A stretch of DNA of 64,000 nt, taken from the NCBI GenBank assembly GCA_023139105.1, contig JAGLOF010000089.1:1807-65806 (forward strand), read 5' to 3'. Positions 1 through 9,645 of this stretch are shown here, in pieces (the first letter of the stretch is position 1; each line of letters begins with the position of its first letter). Position numbers and translations under genes: made by a program. A model generated the notes under the pieces. The model made no database searches, was not told the DNA's origin, and was given only the letters and a program-made list of their open reading frames with translations. Origin of the DNA: a bacterium (GTDB lineage Bacteria; Zhuqueibacterota; QNDG01; JAGLOF01).

Positions 1-3000
1 TCCTTATTCGTTGGCTCTTCTTCACTCATGACTGGGGTTGTATTTTCTTCCAGAATTCGGAATAATTCCCGAGTATTAATTGGTTTGGAAATGTAATCAT
101 CCATACCTGCCGCAAGACATTTTTCCCTGTCACCCTGCATTGCATGTGCCGTCATGGCAATAACAGGTATATCCTTATAAGTTGATTCTGATTTTCGAAT
201 TTCACGAGTAGCAATCCAGCCGTCCATCAGCGGCATTTGAATATCCATAAGCACAAGATCATATGATTTCACTTCCAACATCTCCAATGCTTTAATTCCG
301 TTTTCTGCAACATCCACAGAATATCCTTCTCCTTCAAGAATTGCCACGGCCAATTCCTGATTCATTTTATTATCCTCAGCCAACAGGATATGAATGCCAT
401 CAGCCATTTTATTTTTTTTAGTCATTTGTTCAGACCTGCCTTCTTCTTTTTGTTTTCCCTCAAAAACACATTGTACTAATTCCATCAATTCAGTCTGGCG
501 TACAGGTTTCTGTAGAAAACCGTATAGTCCCAACTCAATTTGTCGTCTTTCAGATAAAATTTCTGCAGCTGAGGATATCATGATAATACGCGTCTGGCAA
601 AGCTCAGTATCTCCAACAATATGTTTTGCCAGTGTGAAACCATCCATCTCAGGCATCATTACATCCAGAAGTACTATATCAAAACCATAACCTTCACTCG
701 TTGCCGATTTCATAATTTCATGTGCTTCTGTGCCGTTAACGGCTTCAAGGGTTTCAAATCCCCATGCTTCAGTGAGGCCACGAAGAATCTCACGGTTGGT
801 TGCATTGTCATCAACAATCAACAGTCGTTTCCCGTTTATTCTTTCAAATGATATGGGTGTAATATCTGTATCAGCCTGCTTACCTGGCTTGAAACATGCA
901 GTAAAATGGAATTCACTTCCCTTATTCAGTTCGCTGGTGGCCCACATACTTCCATTCATCATATTACAAATCCGAGTACTGATGGAAAGGCCTAAACCAG
1001 TACCACCGTATTTGCGTGTATGCGAACCATCAGCCTGAGTAAAACTCTTAAAGATATTATCAAGTTTATCAGCCGGAATACCAATTCCGGTATCGGTTAC
1101 TATAAAATGGAGTAATATTTCCTTCTTCCGGTTATTATCTGCTCTTGTATTATCAACAATCATATCTTCAGGGAGCGGCTCAACACTCAGTACTATTTCG
1201 CCAATAGTGGAAAATTTAACTGCATTATTAATCAAATTTATAATAATTTGACGAAGCCTGCCGGGATCTCCTTTTACATAGTGCGGTGTAGCCGGATCAA
1301 TGCGACAGAGTAGTTCCAGTTTTTTCTCAGCAGCCATGGTAAAACAGGAATGCATACCCTCCTCCATGACAGTATAAAGGTTGAAGTCAATCTCTTCCAT
1401 CTCCAGCTTACCGGCTTCAATCTTAGAAAAATCCAGGATATCATTTATTAAACCAAGAAGAGAATCTGCCGAAAATTTTACATTTTCTAAATAGCGTCTC
1501 TGCTTTTGATCCAGTTCTGTTTTCAGTGCCAGGCCAGTCATACCAATTATGGCATTCATAGGAGTTCTGATTTCATGACTCATATTGGCAAGAAATTCAC
1601 TCTTAATTTTATTTGCCTCTTCTGCCTTGACAAAGGCCATGTCTAAATCCAGATTCTTCATTTCCAGTTCATGGGCAAAGGTATCAAGCCGTGCGGCGTT
1701 TTTTTCTGCTTGACGCATTGCTTTCTCCAGATTTGCCAATACTTTTTTATTTTCCGAGATATCACGAATTGTCCCTTCAACATGCACGGGCCGGCCATCC
1801 TCATTATATATCATATGAGAGCTGACAGACACAAAAACAATTTGACCGTTCTTCTTCTTCAATTTCTGTTCATAATTTGCCACTTTACCATTTTTCAGGA
1901 GCAATCTAAAAAGCCTTTTTCGTTGTGAAAGATCAACATATACCTCTTTCACGGAATGCCCAATCAGCTCCTCTGGAGAATAACCTGTCATTATTTTCAC
2001 CGACGGGCTTAATACGGTAATAATTCCATTTATATCTGTTTGATAGTAGAGATCCTGGAAAGATTCAAATATGCTTCTGTATTTTTTTTCACTTTCCTTT
2101 ACATGCTGCTCTACCTTCTCCTTCATGAAAACCTGTGATGCCAGATGAGCAATACTGTTCAGAAATTCATTTATTTCCTGAGATATGGGATGCTTGCTGA
2201 ACAAAGCCAGCACGCCGATACACTGTTGAGAATTGTCTTGTAGTTTGTATCCGGCAAATGAGACCAGTCCCAGTGTAGCAGCCCACTCATGATTGTGTAC
2301 TCTGGGATCAGTAGTGACTTCATTGGTTAAAAAACTATTTACACTACCGGAAGCGATAGTCCCTATTTTGTAACAACCAAACGGCACCCGTTTATGAACC
2401 TCCCCATCGATATGTGTATACCGGCCCGAACTGGCTGTCAGATGCAGACACCTATCCCTAAATCGGCAAACATGTACATCATCAGGAGCCTGGTTATGTA
2501 TGCAGTTCTCGCAGCAGTCGCCGGGATAAATAAGCCATATACGGATAAAATCTGCATGAATCATTTCAACAAGCGTATCTGTTATCAGTTTCATCTTTTC
2601 TTTAACTGAAACCGGAGCCAGAAGCTGCTGCTGCAGATTGTTGGTCATGCTGTTGCGCCTTTCCCGCTCTTTACGTTCGGTGATATCTGTATGTACACCG
2701 ATCAGGTTAATAACAGCCCCTTTATTATCCTTAACAGCATTGGCTCTGAGATGAACGGGGAAACGACTGCCATCCCAGGAAAGCATCTCAATCTCCCCAT
2801 CCCAATTACCTCCGGCCATGAGGATCTTAAATACTTTCCCGGCCATCCGGCTATTGGCCCAGACCGCACTGGGTTGAAGGGTCTTAAAGTCTTCAATCTT
2901 ATAACCGAACATCCGGGTGAAGGTCTCGTTCTGATAGATATGCTGTCCATCTGCAGTAGCAATACCGATGGCGTCGCCGGACGCATCTATAGCCGCTTGA

Positions 3001-4640
3001 ATCTGCATCAAATGCTTGTTGGCTTTCATCGTTTCCGCACGGGCCGCTTCGGTGTCTTCCATCATGCTCAGAAGCATAACTTTATTCTGCTCAAGCGCAC
3101 TCAGATTGTTCTCCCGCTCAATCTCAATCTGTTTAATATCAGTAATATCTATAAAGGTTTCCAGAAGACAGGAACGGCCCTGATATTCAAAGAGTTTGAC
3201 TGACTTCAATACGGGACATTTACTGCCGTCAGACCGGAGCAGGACTCGTTCCGCGTTCTCAGACGACATGCCCTGGTCGGTAATGGGGCAATTGCCTTTT
3301 TGGGCAGGGCAGATAAAATTGTGGCATAGTTTTCCGGTCATGGCTTCCGGGCTGGTCTGCACCATAACAGCCGCAGCAGCATTCACGAATACAATTTCGT
3401 GAGTTACCGCATCAATAATGATCACTCCGGTCTGAATGGCCTCAAAAACATCCTTGAGAGTCCGGGCCTGCCGCTCATCGTTCTCCCGTAACTCAATTAT
3501 GTCCGTTTTAACTACAGTGAGGGTTTCGCCCAATTGACTTAACGGATTACCCGGCGAGATTATGTTCTCGCATACTTCAGGTTCTACTCCTTCCCAGAGC
3601 AAATTACCGCAGAGATTGTTTATTTCATTAATATCCTTCTGGCTTACCGTGATCTCCATCTTCGAGAAATCGTCATTTTCAATTGTTGACTGAATATGTC
3701 TGAAGGCATCTTCAACAGAATCGACAAAAATAAAATGCTGCTTCACGAACGCGGCAAACACCCGCAATGAAGATCTCGTTACCAGGTTTGCCCCACAGAT
3801 ATAGGTGATTCGCGGTTGGCTGTTGTACTTTGTGTTCAGCTCATTAATGGTCTTTGCATAGTATTTTCTGGCTGCCAGTGATGATTTTTTAACACCTGTG
3901 TAATCAGCAATTCGGATAGGAGATGTATCTTTCAAACAACCGGTTTCATAGACATATGTGAGTGTTTCTGCCGCTATTTCCGTATCTGTTATATTAATAT
4001 TGCCCTGCAGGGTTGAAAAAAAGAGTTCCCCCGGAATAACGCCGCTTTTATATCCAAATCCTGTCTCCGGGTTATTATATTCCCACTCAGGTTTGAATTG
4101 AATATTTGTAAAACACAACATTTCCTGTAAAGCAATATTTCTTTTTTTCAGTATATCAAGGGCGGTTGAGACAGCCTGTTTGTACTTTCTGTCAAATGCA
4201 AAAATGATGGAGGTGGGGTAGCTTCTTACTGCGGCTTCGGCTATTATCCGCACCCAGAGTGGAGCACTGCAGAAAAGAAATCCGGCATAACTGTCTTCAT
4301 GGGTCAGTAAATAATCCTTTTGGTTTTTAATGCTACGATTCGATGCTTTTCCCATAAGTTTCGAATAGTCCCTGATTTCAACATATGGTTTTTTTACACC
4401 GGCCTCAGAAACAAATTCCTCAAGCAGTTTATAATGCTGCTTTGCATTAAAGTCAGCCATATCACCCTGATTCCGGACAAACAGAATTGAATCATCAATT
4501 TTTTTAATATTAAAGGTGTAGTTTCCGGTGATTTTTACATCACGAAAGTTTTCAAGTTCCAGGACCGGCAAAAATGTAACCGGACAGGTGTACTCTTTTC
4601 TGCCGTTTATAAATCCTTTTTTAATTTTTTCCTTCTTCAT
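1..4640 (-). CDS. Multidomain hybrid sensor histidine kinase, 3' end beyond window start. N-terminal uncharacterised sensor region, PAS, Cys-rich GAF, PAS, HisKA, HATPase_c, two REC domains.
   Basis: Own minus-strand translation; ORF is absent from the track because it runs off the window edge. Start [10 protein letters not shown] at ATG 4638-4640. H-box [13 protein letters not shown]. HATPase motif [18 protein letters not shown]...[12 protein letters not shown] motifs [14 protein letters not shown]...[14 protein letters not shown] and [14 protein letters not shown]...[17 protein letters not shown] region carries a GDCCENC...CRFRDRC cysteine cluster. Confidence 0.9.
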   Translation of the reverse strand, partial: MKKEKIKKGFINGRKEYTCPVTFLPVLELENFRDVKITGNYTFNIKKIDDSILFVRNQGDMADFNAKQHYKLLEEFVSEAGVKKPYVEIRDYSKLMGKASNRSIKNQKDYLLTHEDSYAGFLFCSAPLWVRIIAEAAVRSYPTSIIFAFDRKYKQAVSTALDILKKRNIALQEMLCFTNIQFKPEWEYNNPETGFGYKSGVIPGELFFSTLQGNINITDTEIAAETLTYVYETGCLKDTSPIRIADYTGVKKSSLAARKYYAKTINELNTKYNSQPRITYICGANLVTRSSLRVFAAFVKQHFIFVDSVEDAFRHIQSTIENDDFSKMEITVSQKDINEINNLCGNLLWEGVEPEVCENIISPGNPLSQLGETLTVVKTDIIELRENDERQARTLKDVFEAIQTGVIIIDAVTHEIVFVNAAAAVMVQTSPEAMTGKLCHNFICPAQKGNCPITDQGMSSENAERVLLRSDGSKCPVLKSVKLFEYQGRSCLLETFIDITDIKQIEIERENNLSALEQNKVMLLSMMEDTEAARAETMKANKHLMQIQAAIDASGDAIGIATADGQHIYQNETFTRMFGYKIEDFKTLQPSAVWANSRMAGKVFKILMAGGNWDGEIEMLSWDGSRFPVHLRANAVKDNKGAVINLIGVHTDITERKERERRNSMTNNLQQQLLAPVSVKEKMKLITDTLVEMIHADFIRIWLIYPGDCCENCIHNQAPDDVHVCRFRDRCLHLTASSGRYTHIDGEVHKRVPFGCYKIGTIASGSVNSFLTNEVTTDPRVHNHEWAATLGLVSFAGYKLQDNSQQCIGVLALFSKHPISQEINEFLNSIAHLASQVFMKEKVEQHVKESEKKYRSIFESFQDLYYQTDINGIITVLSPSVKIMTGYSPEELIGHSVKEVYVDLSQRKRLFRLLLKNGKVANYEQKLKKKNGQIVFVSVSSHMIYNEDGRPVHVEGTIRDISENKKVLANLEKAMRQAEKNAARLDTFAHELEMKNLDLDMAFVKAEEANKIKSEFLANMSHEIRTPMNAIIGMTGLALKTELDQKQRRYLENVKFSADSLLGLINDILDFSKIEAGKLEMEEIDFNLYTVMEEGMHSCFTMAAEKKLELLCRIDPATPHYVKGDPGRLRQIIINLINNAVKFSTIGEIVLSVEPLPEDMIVDNTRADNNRKKEILLHFIVTDTGIGIPADKLDNIFKSFTQADGSHTRKYGGTGLGLSISTRICNMMNGSMWATSELNKGSEFHFTACFKPGKQADTDITPISFERINGKRLLIVDDNATNREILRGLTEAWGFETLEAVNGTEAHEIMKSATSEGYGFDIVLLDVMMPEMDGFTLAKHIVGDTELCQTRIIMISSAAEILSERRQIELGLYGFLQKPVRQTELMELVQCVFEGKQKEEGRSEQMTKKNKMADGIHILLAEDNKMNQELAVAILEGEGYSVDVAENGIKALEMLEVKSYDLVLMDIQMPLMDGWIATREIRKSESTYKDIPVIAMTAHAMQGDREKCLAAGMDDYISKPINTRELFRILEENTTPVMSEEEPTNK

Positions 4641-4818
4641 TCCACATCCTGTATTTTTCACAGTTGGGATACGGCGTCTTTATACGTTGCTACAATCCAT
4701 AAAGGACTTTCTCCCTGGAACTTTTTTATGATTTTACATTACTCAACACTCCCGTACCTGGCTTCCCGGTCTAGCTCTTCAAGAATTCCGTTCACCTCTT
4801 TTTTTTTATTTCTTTCCA

Positions 4819-6693
4819 TCATGCTTCAACTGCAGAAGCGGCCAGTTTTAACGGGAATTCAATTCTAAATCCGGTACCATCCATTTCAAGAAGATTCAAT
4901 TTCCCTTTAAGTTGCCTCGTCAGGCCGATAATCAACTCCATCCCCAAAGAATCCTGCTTATATATATCAAAATTTACCGGCAGACCAATTCCATTGTCAC
5001 TGAAAGTGAATCTAACAAGCACATTTTCTGATTTTTCATTTAATCTATTTGATTCTCTTTTAAATTCAATATAAATATTATCTTGAGATGATCTGGAATT
5101 TTTAAATGCATATTTCAGACTATTTGTCATTAGTTCGTTGGCTATTAGCCCAAAGGGAAGTGCAGTATCCAGGGTTAAAGGCAAATTATCAAAATCCATT
5201 TCCAGATGGACTTGGTGCCCCTCACTTTGTGCCGCTGATATAAGGCTCATAACAATTGTTGAGATATACTCTTTAGCTGCGACTGTAGCAAGAGAATTAC
5301 TCCTGTACATATATTCATGTACCGTGGCTATTGTGCGTACCCGGCTTAAAGTCTCCTGAAGAGCAAGTTCAACTTCTTTTAATTTGGTTTGATCAGACTG
5401 CATACTTAATAAACTGACAACTATCTGCAGATTATTCTTTACACGGTGATGCACTTCTTTAAGCAATGTCTCTTTTTCTTTCAAATTTACCTTTATTGCC
5501 TCTTCAGCCTCTTTACGCCCGGTAATATCCCGGTCATATATCAACGCACCGTTAAAACAACCGCCTGCCGTTGTTAATGGTAAACCTTTACGCCATACAG
5601 TTACAATGTTGTCAGCACTGGTGACAATCTGAATTTCTTCTTCAATAGATTCTAGCTGCTGAAGCTCTAAAGTTTTTTCCAAAAAAACAGCAATCGAGGA
5701 TGAATGGATTAAATCAATTATGGGTTTCCCAATCAACCCCTCTTTCGGATACCCATAGAGCTGCTCCCCACTTGGATTAACCTCTATTATTATACCTTTA
5801 GTATCAACAACGAATACACTGTCCGGTGCTGACTCGAATAATAGCCGATAACGGTCTTCACTCTCCCGCAGCTGCCGGGTCCTTTCTTCCAGCAGGTCTT
5901 CTACTCTCAGAAGTGCTCGTTCCCGACGAATTTTTGCGCATAGTTCCACAAGAAATTCCGGAACGAAAGGCTTATGAAGATTCGCAGCTGCCCCTTGGCG
6001 CATCCAGGCCAGTGACAATTCCGGATCATGATCTGTGCTCATCATAATGCAGACACAATTGGGTTGATCATTTTGAAAACCTGCCAGCAGTAAATCGCCT
6101 TTGCCGTCAGGTAAATGGTAATCAATTATACATAGGTCAAATGATACTTCACTAAAAATGTCAGCCGCCTCTTGTACAGAAAAAGCTATATTTACATAAT
6201 AAGCCTGAGCTTCAAATGCCTTTTTCAAAATACTTACAAGAGTTTTACTGTCCTCAACAATGAGCACACTAGGCTGGTCTATAGGTTGCTCTCCTTGAAG
6301 TAATGCCTGCACCTTTTCAATATATTTCCCCCCATCCACAGGGGCAGACAAAAAGGCATTGGCCCCAAGATCCGCAGTAATACGTGAAGCTTCATCACCG
6401 GAAAAAGTAGCCGAGACCACCAGAATGGGAACTTGGTTAAATACTTTATATTCAGGCGAACGCAACAGCCGGCAAAAACGCCAGCCGTCAATATCCGGCA
6501 TGTAGAGATCAGTAATGATTAGATGAGGCGGACTGCTCTTGCCCATCTCTAAAAGGGCCTCAGCCGCATTATCGAAGGTGCGGACATCCAACTCTTCATT
6601 GGCAAGCAGTCCGGCCAGAATTCCCAGTTGAACCGGATTATCGTTAACCACAACAACGGTAATTACAGACTGCCCAGTATGATCGACATTCAT
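4819..6693 (-). CDS. Response regulator/histidine kinase hybrid: REC-REC-PAS-HisKA_2 (HWE-like)-HATPase
   Basis: REC motif ITDLYMPDIDG plus a second REC. HisKA_2 H-box EVHHRVKNNLQIVVSLLSMQ. C-terminal GHKL ATPase motifs (DNGIGLP, GMELI). Confidence 0.9.
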   Translation of the reverse strand: MNVDHTGQSVITVVVVNDNPVQLGILAGLLANEELDVRTFDNAAEALLEMGKSSPPHLIITDLYMPDIDGWRFCRLLRSPEYKVFNQVPILVVSATFSGDEASRITADLGANAFLSAPVDGGKYIEKVQALLQGEQPIDQPSVLIVEDSKTLVSILKKAFEAQAYYVNIAFSVQEAADIFSEVSFDLCIIDYHLPDGKGDLLLAGFQNDQPNCVCIMMSTDHDPELSLAWMRQGAAANLHKPFVPEFLVELCAKIRRERALLRVEDLLEERTRQLRESEDRYRLLFESAPDSVFVVDTKGIIIEVNPSGEQLYGYPKEGLIGKPIIDLIHSSSIAVFLEKTLELQQLESIEEEIQIVTSADNIVTVWRKGLPLTTAGGCFNGALIYDRDITGRKEAEEAIKVNLKEKETLLKEVHHRVKNNLQIVVSLLSMQSDQTKLKEVELALQETLSRVRTIATVHEYMYRSNSLATVAAKEYISTIVMSLISAAQSEGHQVHLEMDFDNLPLTLDTALPFGLIANELMTNSLKYAFKNSRSSQDNIYIEFKRESNRLNEKSENVLVRFTFSDNGIGLPVNFDIYKQDSLGMELIIGLTRQLKGKLNLLEMDGTGFRIEFPLKLAASAVEA

Positions 6694-6795
6694 ATCACTC
6701 TACCTTTACAATATCATTATATGCCAGTGGGAATATAGTTGATATCCACAAATAAAATGATTTAACCTAAAAAAAACCTTTGCATTATTCTTTTT

Positions 6796-8925
6796 CTAAA
6801 TCTCAACTTCGTTCCCTAATCTATTCACTTCTGCCCCTATCACCTTCTCCACCAGTCTCTGCACATCCAGAATCAAAGCCACAGTGCCGTCACCAAGAAT
6901 AGTTGCACCGGAAAGTCCATCAACGTTTCTCATCATCTTGCCCAGAGACTTAATGACAACCTGCTGCTCACCAATAACTTCATCCACTACAAATCCATAC
7001 TTCTCACCCTGCTGATCTGTTATCAGTATCTGTTCAATTGCCGGGGATTCGCCAGTGAGAAGCAATTGATCACGAAGCCGGATATATGGCACGGCCTGAT
7101 CGCGTAAATGGATAAGGTGATGACGCCCATTTTCTTCATTTGCAGATCTTCTCAATTCCACACACTCTTCAACCATGGCCAGTGGGAAAACATAGTAATC
7201 ACCGTCAATACGTGTCAGAAGACCTTCAATAATTCCCAGAGTTAATGGTAATCGAATTGTTATGCGTGTGCCTTTTTTATCCTCGCTCTCCAGTTTAACT
7301 GTACCGCGTAAAGCTTCAATACCCCGTCTGACAACGTCCATACCCACGCCACGGCCTGAAAGATTGGTTACCTTGTCTTTGGTTGAAAAACCTGCATTGA
7401 AAATAAATTGATGAATCTCAAAATCAGACAGTTCCTGATCATCAATAATCAAACCCTGCTTGATTGCCTTTTTACGGATTACCTCTGTATTTAATCCACA
7501 ACCGTCATCTTCAATAATAATTTCTACCTGTGCACCGGCATGACCGGCAGATAGTCTAATGGTTCCTTCTTTTGATTTCTGTGCAAAAAGCCTTGTGGCT
7601 GCAGGTTCAATTCCGTGATCAATACAATTGCGTATTATATGAATTAATGGATCATTAAGCTTCTCTATAACATTTTTATCCAACTCTGTCTCACCTCCAA
7701 TAATTTCCAGCCTGATCTCTTTTCCCTGTGCATGAGAGAGATCACGAATCAGACGCTTAAACTTAGAAAATAATGTTCCGATTGGCACAAGACGCATGTC
7801 CATGGCAGTATCCCTGAGATCATTGGTCAACCTTTCCATTTCCTCACCAAGCAGCAACAGTTCTCCATCAGCAAGAACAGAAACTGTCTGCTGCAATCGG
7901 GCCTGAGCAATAACCAGTTCACCAACAAGATCTACCAGCCTGTCCAGTTTTTCTGAAGCAACCCGAATATTGGAAACAAGAACAGCTTTTTTATTATCAG
8001 TATTCTGTACGGAATCCAATTGTGTTGCAATTTCCGCATTTGCAATTACTACATCATCAACATTCATGTTTGCATTGAATTGGTTATCTATTAGGTTAAT
8101 TGTTTTTTTCAGTTCAGCGTCAGGAATACTGCCTTGATCGAGTAGTAATTCTACAACTTTATCCAAATCAGCACTATCAGCTCCATCAGGCAATTTGGCA
8201 AGTTTTTGAATATGAAGTTCACATTCATCTTCCACAAAAATGAAGACATCCTGAATAGAATTTTCATCTTTCTCTGTAGCTAGCAGAATATCCCAGGCCG
8301 TATAACAAATTTCAGGTACAATATCCAGTAATGATGGTATTTTTTCAGCCCTGGCAATTATTTTAACATTGCCCATAGCAGCCAATTCATTTAATAATAG
8401 CAGTGGATTTGTTCCCATCTGAAAAATTGTTTCAACCGGTTCAAAAAAAATATGAAATAACGCCGCATCTGATATTTTTGAAGTCTGCTGTGTATCAATT
8501 AATTCATTTTGTTTTTTAACAACTGCATTTGCAGGAACGGAATCATAAGCAAGAAAAGCCTTTGTTAATTTTTCAACTGTTTCTACTTCTTCTGAATCAG
8601 CAGGTTTTTCACCTCTATTGAGCATTCGTTCAATCTGATCACGGGCAAGCAGGGTTAAATCGATCAAAGACTGATCAACCAATATTTTACCATCTCTTAC
8701 TTTATCAAGAACTGACTCAATCCCATGAGCAAAAGATTCAATATCAAGAAATCCAAACATACCACCAGAGCCTTTTAGAGTATGCATGGCTCTGAATACC
8801 CGTCCGATAAGATCCATATTGCCGGCATCGGTTTCAAGAGCCAGAAGTGACATCTCAAGTTCTTCAAGCAATTCACGGGCTTCAATGATAAAAGCCTCGC
8901 GCCCCATATCAAATGCAGTACTCAT
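6796..8925 (-). CDS. cheA: Chemotaxis histidine kinase CheA (P1 HPt, dimerisation, HATPase, P5 CheW-like)
   Basis: HPt motif RAMHTLKGSGGMFGF. HATPase G-boxes. C-terminal CheW-like segment (GDYYVFPLAMVEECVEL...GFVVDEVIGEQQVVIKSL). Confidence 0.93.
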   Translation of the reverse strand: MSTAFDMGREAFIIEARELLEELEMSLLALETDAGNMDLIGRVFRAMHTLKGSGGMFGFLDIESFAHGIESVLDKVRDGKILVDQSLIDLTLLARDQIERMLNRGEKPADSEEVETVEKLTKAFLAYDSVPANAVVKKQNELIDTQQTSKISDAALFHIFFEPVETIFQMGTNPLLLLNELAAMGNVKIIARAEKIPSLLDIVPEICYTAWDILLATEKDENSIQDVFIFVEDECELHIQKLAKLPDGADSADLDKVVELLLDQGSIPDAELKKTINLIDNQFNANMNVDDVVIANAEIATQLDSVQNTDNKKAVLVSNIRVASEKLDRLVDLVGELVIAQARLQQTVSVLADGELLLLGEEMERLTNDLRDTAMDMRLVPIGTLFSKFKRLIRDLSHAQGKEIRLEIIGGETELDKNVIEKLNDPLIHIIRNCIDHGIEPAATRLFAQKSKEGTIRLSAGHAGAQVEIIIEDDGCGLNTEVIRKKAIKQGLIIDDQELSDFEIHQFIFNAGFSTKDKVTNLSGRGVGMDVVRRGIEALRGTVKLESEDKKGTRITIRLPLTLGIIEGLLTRIDGDYYVFPLAMVEECVELRRSANEENGRHHLIHLRDQAVPYIRLRDQLLLTGESPAIEQILITDQQGEKYGFVVDEVIGEQQVVIKSLGKMMRNVDGLSGATILGDGTVALILDVQRLVEKVIGAEVNRLGNEVEI

Positions 8926-9287
8926 CCTAACACCTTCTTTACGACTGAGATTAATTGTTCAGGCTTGAAAGGTTTTACAATCCATCCCGTTGCACCAGCT
9001 GCTTTACCCTCCTGCTTCCTTGTGACCTGTGATTCGGTAGTCAGCATGATCAATGGAATAAATTTGAACTGTGTTTTTGAACGAATTTCTTTTATTAAAG
9101 TAATTCCATCCATGCGTGGCATATTTAAATCTATCAGGGCCATATGAACGGTTTCACTTTCTATTTTTTCCAATGCATCAACACCATCCGATGCTTCAAT
9201 GACAACATAACCAGCATCAGCTAATGTAAATTTTACCATTTGTCTAATACTGGGAGAATCATCCACAGTCATTATTGTCTTGCTCAT
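8922..9287 (-). CDS. cheY: CheY-like single-domain response regulator
   Basis: MTVDDSPSIRQMV...ALIDLNMPRMDG...KPF is the REC fold. Start chosen at MSKTIM (ATG 9285-9287), which has an AAGGGG SD 7 nt upstream and an ATGA overlap with the upstream STAS stop. The track start 9314 is an alternative. Confidence 0.85.
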   Translation of the reverse strand: MSKTIMTVDDSPSIRQMVKFTLADAGYVVIEASDGVDALEKIESETVHMALIDLNMPRMDGITLIKEIRSKTQFKFIPLIMLTTESQVTRKQEGKAAGATGWIVKPFKPEQLISVVKKVLG

Positions 9288-9631
9288 GAATTGACCCCTT
9301 TTTTCCAAATACAATCAGCCTCATTAATACCGGATCTACATACACCTGGAAAACCTGCACGTTTTGCTGTATCAAAGAATTCATCAGGTATTTTAATTTT
9401 GATATTCAATGGTTCTTCATTCTCTGTTCTCCTGTGGTTTACAGAACAGAGCAGCTGCAATCCTGCAAGATCTATATGCTCAGCTTTAGATAAGTCCAGA
9501 ATAACTTTCTTTTGATCACCTATTATCTTTTTCATAACATCATGAAAATCGGTTGCATTCTCAATAGTTAAATCCCCTTGAACCACATATATAGATTGTC
9601 TGTTTTTATTATCCACATCACATGAAAACAT
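9284..9631 (-). CDS. STAS-domain (anti-sigma-factor-antagonist-like) protein, apparently without the phosphorylatable serine
   Basis: SpoIIAA-like pattern VVQGDLTIENATDFHDVM...VILDLSKAEHIDLAGLQLL. The position of the usual DSSG phospho-serine reads DLAG. Confidence 0.75.
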   Translation of the reverse strand: MFSCDVDNKNRQSIYVVQGDLTIENATDFHDVMKKIIGDQKKVILDLSKAEHIDLAGLQLLCSVNHRRTENEEPLNIKIKIPDEFFDTAKRAGFPGVCRSGINEADCIWKKGVNS

Positions 9632-9645
9632 GACACCTCCTATAT

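Noticed and set aside
394-3402. Plus-strand ORFs from the supplied track (394..690, 621..851, 730..1038, 1671..1928, 2394..2609, 2691..3203, 3196..3402, 4528..4731) and minus 2702..2986
   Set aside because: All lie inside the long minus-strand hybrid histidine kinase frame, which reads as recognisable PAS, GAF, HisKA, HATPase and REC domains. Their translations are low-complexity with no motifs. The kinase is missing from the track only because it runs off the window edge.
4641-4818. Sigma-54 (-24 TGGCAC / -12 TTGC) promoter searched between the two kinase genes, given the many REC/PAS regulators
   Set aside because: A TGGAAC hexamer is present but the -12 element is absent at the correct spacing.
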